A stretch of 60,442 bases of DNA, counting the filler, from Sphacelaria rigidula (Eukaryota): the NCBI GenBank assembly GCA_964200075.2. It is 9 parts of 9 records of this genome, joined end to end, with 100 filler letters (N's around TTAATTAATTAA, not from the genome) between each part and the next. Parts side by side here need not be neighbours in the genome. Positions count along the whole stretch, not along the records: positions 47,091 to 53,716 come from CAXNAA020018973.1; positions 53,817 to 60,442 come from CAXNAA020018974.1; 7 more parts are not named here. The stretch is one strand, 5' to 3'. Position numbers and translations under genes: made by a program. Under the pieces are notes generated by a model. It was not told the DNA's origin, searched no databases, and worked only from the letters and a program-made list of their open reading frames with translations. Below are positions 49,890 through 60,442 of the stretch, in pieces (position 1 is the first letter of the stretch; each line of letters begins with the position of its first letter).

Positions 49890-52800
49890 ATGGGGGAGTT
49901 TTATTTTTCTGACAGTACGGCAGACCAACCACGGAGAATGCGTAAGAGGTCTCGGGTAGAGGTCAACCATGTACGGGATCAGCACGAGCAGGAGCATAGC
50001 AGCAGAGACCAGAGTACAAATAGCGAATGCGTAGAACAGACGCAACGTATATTTTTAACTCCGCAGGCGGCTTTTGTGAGTAACTCATTGCAGAAAAATA
50101 AAAAGTCGAAACACCAATCTTCGTTTTCAAACCCGATCCTAAATGATCACTGTTATGGCTCTTACAACGCATCTTCGCTTGCCAGATATACAGTTGCACC
50201 TTTAGCACTGTCCTGCGCATCAGCCCGTGTGAGTGTCACAGTCAGAGTAAACGGCACTTCCGCTGAAAAAACGACAATCGATTCCGCAGCAGACGTGCCC
50301 TGTATCAGCAAAACGTTCATCGAAGAACACCCGGCCATAATGGCAGCTGATATGAAACCAGTACCGCCAGGTTCGGTAGACCTTAGGAGTGCGGGCGGCT
50401 CACCCATGAAAATTCCAGGTTTCATACGTTTCGAACTTACATTAGGGATAAAAACCCTACCAGTAGAAGCGTTCGTATTACCTAACCTAGGACCGGATTA
50501 CTTTATACTGGACAACTCCGTCATGAGTGCTTTCCAAGCTATACTCGACTGGCAAGCCGAAGGCTAATATTCCGCGATTCCAGTGTAAAAGTCAAAGCAT
50601 CGCATCGAAAACAACGGCGTTCACAAAATACAACAGACCCCGGAACGAAACATTGTTCTGTAGTCAGTGTGAACTGTTCTAACGCTGTTCCAGTTTTTCA
50701 CACGAAGAAATGCAATGTGCCCCCGCAGAGTGAGATGGCCGTATTAGATTAAACGGAAAATACCCCGTCAAGAACGGCAGCAGCCGTCGTAGAGCCACGC
50801 ATTATAACCGAAGAAGACATTCGATCAACCGATATACCCCAAGCGTTCACGCGCATCATCGTTGCAAGGACGGTGTGCACATGGTCGGCAACAAATAAAA
50901 CGGCAATGGTACAAATCGCGAATCCGTCGAATCGACATGTGAACCTGAAACGTAATACGATTTTAGCCTTTATCACCCCAGTACGAGAAACAAAACCAGC
51001 TACAGTCAGTGCAATGGCGGGAAATAAGGTGTCAGGGAGAAAAAATGCGAAAGAGGAATTACGTCCGGCTTTACGCAAAGCTTTCGAAAATACGTTTTTT
51101 CCCCCGGAACAATGCTCTCAAATACTGAATCTTTGCGCAAAATACCGTTCTGTGTTTTCACTTAATCCGCAGGAGTTGGGCTGTTGTACGTTAGATGAAG
51201 CACGTTTTCCGCTCAAACCTGGGACTCAGCCGGTAGACCGAGCACATATAGAGCAAACCCCAGAGTGCAAGATGCAATCGATAAATGCGTCGACCAAATG
51301 GAAAAAGATGGTATAGTCGAACAACGCCCAAGCCCGTGGGGATCAGCGGTTACAATAGTCGCAAAAGCAGATGGAACAGCACGATTTTGCGTGGATTATC
51401 GAGCAACAATAACTAAAAACTTGATTCGCAAATCATGGCCCATGCCAGCTATCGAAAGTCACATAGATACAGTAGCGGGGGCGAAATTCATAACAGTTTG
51501 CGATGTACAAAGTGCGTTCCACCAGATACCAGTAGCGGAAAGCGAAAAAGAGAAAACAGCGTTTGTAACTCAGAGAGGGAAATGGGTGTTCAACCGGCTA
51601 CCATTTGGTTTAGCATGTTCACCCTTCATCTTCTCACGCATAATGGCATTAGCATTCGCACACTTCGGACCTAAGAGTGGCTTACTAGTGTATATGGATG
51701 ACATAATTTGTTGTTCATCAAGCTGGGAGAGTCATCTCACCCTACTAGAAAGCACGTTCCAAGCACTGCAAACAGCAGGCCTTACACTAAAGCCGACAAA
51801 AATCCAATTTGGTCCAAGGCAAGTCAAATATTTGGGTCATGTACTGTCCGCAGATGGCATCAGAGTGAGTGATGAAAGAATAAAAGCTATCCTCGACTTG
51901 CCGAAACCCACAAATATCAAAGAGTTGAGATCTGTACTGGGGACAATAAACTTCGTGCGAAAATTCATACCAGACTTGGCTACAACCATAGCACCACTGG
52001 TAGATCTCACAAAGAAAGGGGCGGCAAAACAAGTCTCGAAACTCTGGAATACTGAACATGATGAAGCCTTCGGGAAAATTAAAAAATTGATGACGGAGGC
52101 ACCTGTCCTTCATTTTCCAGATTTCACGAAAGACTTCATCATAAACGTGGATGCTTCAGACCGGGGAGCCGGGGCCTACATTTCCCAAAAGAAGGGCGAA
52201 GACGAGGCAATCGTAGCATACTTTAGTCAACGTTTCAATGACGCCCAGGCCCGCTATTCACCCACCATGAAAGAATGTTACGCGGTCGTATTAGCGATTC
52301 AACATTTCAGAGCTTTTCTCTGGGGACGTCACTTCACGTGTGTAACAGACCATGCCGCTCTTCGATATTTGTATGCGATGCAGGATACAAGTAATATGCT
52401 GACTCGATGGGCGATCGCACTGCAATCGTATGATTTCACGGTTAAACATAAACCGGGGAAACTTCATGTTATACCGGACACCCTCTCACGGCTATTTGCG
52501 TTTGAGAAGCGACAGGAAGCAGAAATCAAGCCGTTGCTTGCGCCGATATGCCGTAACGTCCCAGAAAACCCCGAGTTACAGATAGCTAAGCCACAACATC
52601 AGTTCCAGATTTCAGCGGAAAAGCTCGACAATTTGAAACCGGTGCAAAGTGACCGAGAGTTGTTCACCGTGAAATCAGTACACGTAAGCGCAGCGAACGT
52701 CTTCAGGTCAATCAACCGCAAAAAATTGCGAGAAGAGCAAGCACTAGAGTACGGTCCCTACATCGAATATATCACGGGAAAAGATGCTCCGATACCAGAA

Positions 52801-53716
52801 AAAGAATCACTCACATCGATGTCACACTATTCAGTACATGACGGGATTTTATTCAAATCTTACTTGCCGAGACACTTGAAAAAACGAAGCACAGTCTGTG
52901 ACCAACTGGTGCTACCTAAGACCCTAATAGGCCTGGTGTTACATGCGTACCATGACCATGCACTATCAGGAGGCCACTTGGGATTCAAGCGAACATACGA
53001 CAAAATCCGACCGAAGTATTATTGGCCATCAATGAACCGCGATATCAAGGATTGGTGCTTGAAATGTCAAAGTTGCCAACGTCGAAAGACGCCCCGCCGG
53101 CAAAAACTGCCAATGGGACACATTCCAGTAGAGAGGCCATATGAACGAGTGTCGGTTGACCTGGTTGAATACAAAACAGCTTCAATGTCCAACGCTGGAG
53201 TACTATGTAAATACGTACTGACAGTAATGGACCACCTCACAAGGTACGCTCTGCTCATCCCAGTGCCGAATAAACAAGCCACGGCGATAGCCAAAACCCT
53301 TATCGACAGAGTGTTTACAACATTTGGCATACCAATGAAGCTCCACAGTGATCAAGGGGGCGAGTTTGAGAACAAATTAATATACGCACTGCAACAAGAG
53401 TTAGGTTTCGATAAGACACGTACGACCCCACTACGTCCACAAGGCAACTCAGTGTCGGAACGCGTCCACTCCACTATGCACATGATGTTATCAATGCATA
53501 TGTCAATCGGAAACAAAAACTGGGCATCCATGCTTCCATTCGTCCAAATGGCGTACAATACCTCTTATCATAACACAGTACAAGAGACGCCGTATTTTCT
53601 GTTGTTTGGAAGACAGCCCAGGTTGCCAGTGGACATGATTCTCGGCATACCAGAAGAGAGCCAAGCGGCGACACCCGAGGAATTTTCCAAAGAAACACGG
53701 GAGAACCTACAGTTTG
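49890..53716 (+). pseudogene. pol: Gypsy pol (protease-RT-RNase H-integrase), frameshifted upstream of RT
   Basis: Protease IDSAAD; RT RFCVDYR, KTAF, YMDD; RNase H VDASD, ECYAVV, TDH; integrase H..H..CQSC and D-D-E. Open from 51265 to the contig end. Breaks near 50565 and 51245. Confidence 0.92.
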
Positions 53717-54048
53717 NNNNNNNNNNNNNNNNNNNNNNNNNNNNNNNNNNNNNNNNNNNNTTAATTAATTAANNNNNNNNNNNNNNNNNNNNNNNNNNNN
53801 NNNNNNNNNNNNNNNNCTCCCTACTGTCTAATGCATCAAACGATTTCATGCCACTTTTGTTCACGTCTCGCATTTCCCCCTCTAGCACGTCTGTGGCGAT
53901 ATGGGCAATACCGCAAGCAGTAAAGCCATATACGCCAAACGCAAGCAAGCCACACCCTTGTGAGGTGTCTGCCGGCGGTCCTGGATTGACTTGCTACACT
54001 CAAACTATAGGTTTCTCTCGCACAAGGCACTCGTCAACAGTAGACAGC

Positions 54049-54433
54049 TGTTATTGAAAGTAAGCACCGAGCTCTTTTGATAAAAGAAAACACCAATTGA
54101 CACTAAGGGATTAAGATACACGTTGCTCACTTCTTGGGAACGACTTGCCAGCCAGGAAGATGAGACGTCGCGCAGAGCAGATGAAAGGCTGATGGTCCTT
54201 CTTGTGATTAGTTCTACGGTCGCTGTTTCTGGCGGTGGGTTGCAAGTGAGCATCGTAGGCTATGCGGCACACGATTTCCCTCAAAACCTCCTAGCTACGC
54301 AAACAATCTTGTCATATAAATACCACTCAGCGTGGCGCATTGTACCTTATGCCAATCAAAGCTGTAGTAGCAGCAGGTACTCGCGGCTAATCGGGTACAA
54401 TCCGGTATCTACCTTCTAGTCGCTGTGTCAACA
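54049..54433 (+). mobile_element. Possible solo LTR
   Basis: TGTT...AACA ends and internal TATAAATA at ~54315. No TSD and no second copy. Confidence 0.3.
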
Positions 54434-57163
54434 ATACAAGGATCCAACTCCTGCCTCATACAAACACACATTCTACTAGAATCTTTCCATACCTGCTGGT
54501 CGTTTCTAGGGATCGTCTGCATATCCACAAGGAACTAGATTTAGTTCAGGCACTCAGTCATTCACCATCACATTAGCCCACCCTGGATCGTTCAAGTGCA
54601 GTCCCTTTTCGGAAAGGACGAACTTACATCGAGCCACACCTCTCCTACACCACAGAAAAACTGAGACTCCATTTGAAGATCGAGTCCTCCTTGGTACGGG
54701 GAACGGGAAGGGTGATCAACACAAAAAAAACAAGAAAATACAGACACAAGCACAGAGCAAAGAGAATAATGATAAAAAAAATCGAACCGATACAATGATT
54801 CGGTGTCCTCATGTTCCGCGAGTTCTTCAGACGGGGTCATGGGAAATTAAAAATCAAAAATTAAAAATCAAACCCAAAATCAATAATCAAACCATATACC
54901 ATAAAATGCAGTGTCTCCAGAATGTCGTAAGCATTTCCGTGATAGGTACAGGAAATCAGAGACCAATTATTGAAACGGTTATGCTACCCTGCCATAACTA
55001 TATCATGAATAAATAGTTCGCTCTTTTCCGAATGTCCGATTTGTTTTGGATCATTGGTAGAATAACAAGCAAGCCCGCCAAGGCATTATATCACTTCGAT
55101 AACCAAGTTCATGCTAATTACTCTTCCCAGTCAATCAGTAAAAGCAAACAATGTACAGCCGAGTTCGTCGCGGAAATGGCAGTTTCCCGCGAAAACCACA
55201 CGTTGATAAAAAAAAAAAGAGTGATACGGACAATTCAACCCGTTTGACGTGAGTTAATTGTCGGTACATGTTTGTGAGAACAGCGACTTGCTTGGGACGT
55301 CTGGTTGATGATCCAGTCGTACATAATTCGTTTTTTTTCTCACACGATGATACGAAAACAACTGACCGGTTTGTGAGGTCAGGTGTCCGTACACGTCAAA
55401 AGAAACGTGGTGGGCAATACACAACCTTCGGGCCTACTACGTAGTTCCGAGGCGGATCGCCCAACACATTTCTGAACCACGACAAATACTCAGGACAGAG
55501 AGGACAAACGCAGCCCACTCCTTACAGTATTTGCCCGTTCGGACTAAAACGAGAATGGCCCGAACACAAACTGGAGTAAAACCCACAGCCGGTCGTACCG
55601 TCACGTCACTTCGTCCAATAATCCCTGATGAAAGCATAATACCACCGACCAATTTCAGGGGCGGGTAATTGTACGCAAAAACTGGTGAAAGTGACAGAAA
55701 AAATAGCGAGTGGCGGACTCTGAGTCTGTAGGCCGTGCCAACGGTCGAGTATCAACATGGCGAAACGGACAGTTCCGAAAGAGCGATCTACCCCATCACG
55801 ATACTTGATGGTCCTGTATGAGGAGACGTTTGCAACCGACCGCGACTTCAATAACAATTCTTCAACACCGTTATGTACGACGCGGTCAGTGGTGGCCTCG
55901 TTGTAACTTCTCAATCACCAAAGTATAAACCATCGCGTCGCAATATCCGTGATCCTCCTATTAACGAGGTCGGTCACATGCGGCAGGCTCGCAAAAAAAA
56001 AGAAGTAGGCCAAGGGTTCTAGATTCGAGGGTTAGAAACGTTGGAACACTCGTGGCAAAATTCCCGACATAGACGCAGAAACCAAAACCAAAATAAATTC
56101 AAAACCAGGGGCACGCTGGGCAACAACGAAAACAACACGTGGCAACTGTCCTTGTAAACGGGAGCGGTTATCGTGTGTATGAAGCAAGCAGGGTCAAAAC
56201 GATTCAGCCAAGAAGATCAAAACATTTCAGGCAACCCATGTCAATATAAAATCAACGTGGTACGCACACAAAAAGGGGACACATCATTACCGATCCTGCA
56301 GGGGGAAGCGGTATGCGTGTACGGAGCGGTTGGGCGAGAGCGCAATTATTCCAGATGGGAAGGTCAGGTATATGCAGCGCTCGCTCCTAAAACTCTCAAC
56401 GGAAAAGGCAAAAAAAAGTAAAGAAAAATACCGACAACATATGACACACAAAAAAAAGACACGTCATGAGCGGTCCCGAAGAGGGAGGCGGCACTCGCGT
56501 GCAGAGCGATTGAACAAAAGCGCAAATATTCCAGACGTGGGCGTCAGGTATGGCTAGCACTTGCTCCGGAAACTGTTCCATCGAAACAAAAAAATCAAAA
56601 ATAAAGACCATGTAATAACAAAGCAAGACAACATGTGCGTGCAACCAAAAACAAATGAAGACATAATTAACTCGTGGCAACTGTTCCGGTGGACGGAGTA
56701 GTTGTGGATGTACGGCGCGGAGGATGGAGGTTCAAGGTTCCAGACTCGGGGTCAGGAATGGAACGGTCGTCACTTGTACTTCGCCAGATGAAACCAGAAG
56801 TACCCAAGGAAAGTACCCATTGAACAACAAAATCGAACACACAGCGGGAGGCGAAAAGAGAAGAAAAGAAGAGCAGAAAAAAAAAGACAAAGAAAAAAGA
56901 TCAAAACAATGGACGCAAAGGCAAAAAAAATACAAAAACAAAATCAAGACCAAAGCAACAAAAAGAAAACACAACACAAAAAGAAATGCAAAATATAAAA
57001 ACAAAAGACCATATACCAATTATAAAACACAACATCACCCGCTACAAGCACGAGGGGGAAGGGGGGGAACACATGGTTTTCCAACGACGCTACGGGGCAA
57101 GACAAGCGACTCGAACGCGGTACATTACGCAAGGTGAATGGGGAAGCAGACTCGGATGCGGCA

Positions 57164-60100
57164 TCATGAGTCATCTGCATCCCAAGCGGTGTCCGTGTTC
57201 CGTAGAACGACTGTTTCGAGTTCGCCTTGGTCGTGTCGTTGGAGGCACCAGGATCCCCTCCGAGCGGTCGGCTCCTCGGTGTAGTACGCATCATCCAAGC
57301 GAATCTTAAGGGGGCTCGGGTCATCAAGGAAACGGATGAGGTAGGAGTGGTCAGATGCAGGATTGACCAAATTAATTTTCACCAACCACCACAGTGAATC
57401 CAAAGCCTTATACCAAAAATACGCCCCTTTCGGCAATCGTTTTCCGTGAAAACACTGCATGTATTGTGAACGCGAAAGAAGGCTATATCCTGTCACAAAA
57501 AACCGCGCTAAGGGTTCACGTGCCAGTTCTCGAGCGGCAGCTCCCTCGCGCATCGGCCGATATCTCTTATTCAACGGGCGGTGTTGGACGGTATCTCCTA
57601 CCCAGTACAGTAATATTTCCCGACGAAAATGACGCAAATCAACCTCACGCTCCCATGTAACACGCATGATATCCTTCCAATGTGTTTGATACATTGCCGC
57701 TATCTTGACTCCACGACCACGAACCAGTTGATGATCCGAAATCCTATCTACCTCAACGCGTTCCAGGGGTGCGTCCGCATCCTCGACCGTCATATGATAC
57801 GACGGAGTTATGAACGCATACTTGGTCAACACATACTGGCTAAGCCCTACCGGCAGTTGCTTGGGCGTGTCAGAGGAGTCATGAGGGGGGGTACACGATT
57901 TGCATCGTAGCATCGAGACGCGATTTTTCGGTTTCAAACCAGGTTCATCCGTGGGAAAATTTAAATACAAAACTTTCGCTCCCACCGGACTCTTGTCGGG
58001 TGCGGTAGCGCTCGGACCAACAGCTAAAATCTCCCAAGGACCAGTCCAATTCAAGGATAGTTTCGCCTGCAACACTTTATCCAAAGATGAAGATTTCGAG
58101 CTAGCCCCTTGATTGATGGTCTTCACATGGTTGTACACCCATGCCCATTGGCCTACCTTCCACACCGGGCGGTTATGCACCACATCATCCAACATCGAGT
58201 TCGCCCTGGTCACCTTGGCCAAATTGATTTGGTTCTGTTCTCGAACCACTTCATATGCAAGACGGAGATGATTGCTAACCGACAAATGATACTTTGCAAC
58301 GTCACGATCCAGACTCTGATGTCCACCTGTGTTTTTGCGTTCGAATACCGTTAAAGGTAACCGAGGCATGCGTCCAATATGAATTTCATTCGGCGACAAT
58401 CCCGTAGCGGCATTGACTAAAATTGTTAGTTCATCTGGACAAGGGGCAGGTGCAGATCCCAGTCCATGTGTCTCTCATTTGCTACAGCAGCAAGCATCTG
58501 TGCCATCGTATGGTTCACTCGTTCCGTTCCACCATTGGTGGAAGGGTGATTGATATGCACTAGTAAAAATGCGATGGACACCCAAGAGGTCACTGACGGC
58601 GGCTGAAAGTTTGCCTGAAAAATGCGGGCCGTTGTCAGATAATAAGTGTTTGGGCACACCCCACAGTGGAATGTACATGTAGACAAGAATGTTGGCGGTA
58701 CCTTCCGCGGTATAACTACTGGGAGGGGACGGCGTGCATCACCGCATGTCGGCTAAATCTATCCGTAAACAACAAAATATACTTATTCCCACTATCCGTC
58801 AGGGGCAAAGGACTAAAATAGTCCCACGATACTACTTCACCACGTCCGTTTGGGAGTTGCATGGAAACAATCGGCCAACGAACTGTTTGACGAGAAGTTT
58901 TTCGCGCCTGACACAAAAGCCAACGCCTCACCCACCATCGACAACACTGATCCATACAAATCCACCAATAAAAACGTTCCAACATCTGCGAGGTCCTATG
59001 GGCGCCTAAATGAGTCGATGCCTGTGAATGGCATTCGTGTAGAACCCATGGGCGCAGTAGCATCGGGACACAGATGCGGACGGGTTCATCACCTAGCAAG
59101 CGGGCATGTCGACTTGTAGGCTTCCCCCTGGGTTGAGCTGCTCTGGGCCGGCGAACGAACATAGTTATACCATCATCATCCGTGTGTAGCATACCTTTCC
59201 TTGAAAGTTCAGTAACTTCGTCCTGGGTGGGCGCTTTGAGATTTCCGACTGGCAAAAGGAATTCGGTTTCTGAGAATGGACATGGACAACCTTTCGATAG
59301 ATAATGGATAGCTGCTTTACAAGCAGGTTCTGCCTGTTGTTCCCGGGCCCAATCGGCGTGGGAGAAGAGAGTCAAACGTTCCTTGAATACACCATCTGTT
59401 GAAGCGTCTACTTCGTGTTGGGTCGGTTCGGGGCGGGGTTGGCACGAAGCGGTGATTTCGGAATCAAGGGTGAGCCTACCAGTTGGTGCACTCTCAGACG
59501 GAACGTTAACGGCTACTCCTGCGTCGATTAGCGTGGAGGGTGTTGTGGTGGTGTTTGCAATATCATCACCACTGGAGGGGGGCACAGCCGTGGTTTCGGC
59601 TATGGTTGGCAGGGGCGGCACGGTCGGGGTCGATTTCCTGGGGGCCTTGCGTCGCGGAGGCTGCGGGGGCGCAAGGAAACTATCGGGGATCGGGGGGGGG
59701 GCAGGGGGGGAAGGGTCAGGACCGGATACGACTAATTTGGTGCCCGTTTCGGCAGTCCGCCGTCCACGAGTCCTACTCGAAATCAAATCTCGAACTTGAA
59801 CTGGTAAGACGGAGTCAGCAAATGACGGTTCTACACCTGCTGCGAAAACCATGCGTTGGCCAGTTGCACGAAAATAATCATAGCCAACAGTATTCGTAGA
59901 CAGCCCATTCCAAACTGAGTACAACGATTGAGGTTGCAAGCTGCCTAGAACTGATGCGTGGGCTGTGGTCGTCAGCCCATCCATGCCTAACGCCGGCGTT
60001 TCTCTCGGTGAAAGTGGTGTGTAGAGACCTTTATGTCCATTCCTGCTAATGAAATATACAATGTCTTCGGTGGGATCGGTGATACGTCCCATGGCGGATT

Positions 60101-60442
60101 CATCGACAGGTTGAGAGCCGGTGTGGGCAAGCGTGACAGGAAGTCGGCGTTTGCATTCTGGGGACCTGTGCGGTACTTCAGTTGAAAGTTGGAAGACGAC
60201 AGGATTTCGAACCAGCGTTGGACCCTAGCGTTGTGTTCCGCCATTTTGGCAAGGCTTTCCAAAGACTTGTGGTCGGAATTAATCAAAAACGGCATGTCAT
60301 ACAAATACTGACGCAGACGTCGCACGCCCCAGACAACTGCGCCGGCCTCTTGTTCCATGACAGACCAATTCTGTTCATTCGGAAAAGTGGTGCGACTCAG
60401 ATAGACAATGGGACGAACAGTAGCATCGACTTGCTCCTGTTC
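57164..60442 (-). mobile_element. pol: Ty3/Gypsy pol 3' half (RNase H, long Pro/Thr-rich linker, integrase, chromo-like and PWWP/Tudor-like tail), frameshifted
   Basis: RNase H EAGAVVW..SDHKSL..NANADFLSRLP; integrase HECH..HLGAHRT..LLCQARK, WDYF, TDRFSR, SDNG, NGGTERVN; WTGPW (GPY/F motif); C-terminal reader-like modules. Confidence 0.92.

Larger units (their letters stand above)
47544..53716 (+). mobile_element. Ty3/Gypsy LTR retrotransposon (disrupted; 3' end off contig)
   Basis: Putative 5' LTR TG..CA ~47544-47904, PBS-like TGGCGACACCAGA at 47907, then gag, protease, RT, RNase H and integrase in Gypsy order. Confidence 0.93.

Noticed and set aside
56724..57137. Lys-rich and Phe-rich ORFs
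   Set aside because: Translation of an A-rich low-complexity tract in the retrotransposon 3' non-coding region.

Overview
Eukaryotic, intron-rich, transposon-dense DNA, most consistent with a brown alga or related stramenopile (inferred from splice-site style and retroelement types; not proven). The window is not one locus. It is nine probably unlinked contigs of 6626-6628 bp in decreasing length order, joined by artificial 100-bp N/TTAATTAATTAA spacers, so adjacency across spacers is uninformative. Host genes rebuilt from splice sites: a partial glutaredoxin + DUF4395-like membrane fusion (6 exons), a 4-exon Nudix hydrolase resembling giant-virus Nudix proteins, the 3' exons of a Tubby-family gene, the last exon of a PARP-like ADP-ribosyltransferase, and a possible 4-exon orphan. 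Mobile DNA: two disrupted Gypsy LTR retrotransposons (one with an integrase ending in chromodomain-like plus PWWP/Tudor-like modules and a possible decayed extra ORF), a Gypsy integrase fragment, Copia gag debris between two inverted LTRs, LINE fragments, tRNA-derived SINEs and many MITEs (one hAT-type with an 8-bp TSD; one TGT...ACA element with a 4-bp TSD and telomere-like repeats). The most unusual structures are a >3.3-kb array of alternating forward and inverted ~260-280-bp modules and a 63-bp minisatellite. No CRISPR array or prokaryotic system is supported. All family assignments come from motif recognition by eye, not database searches.
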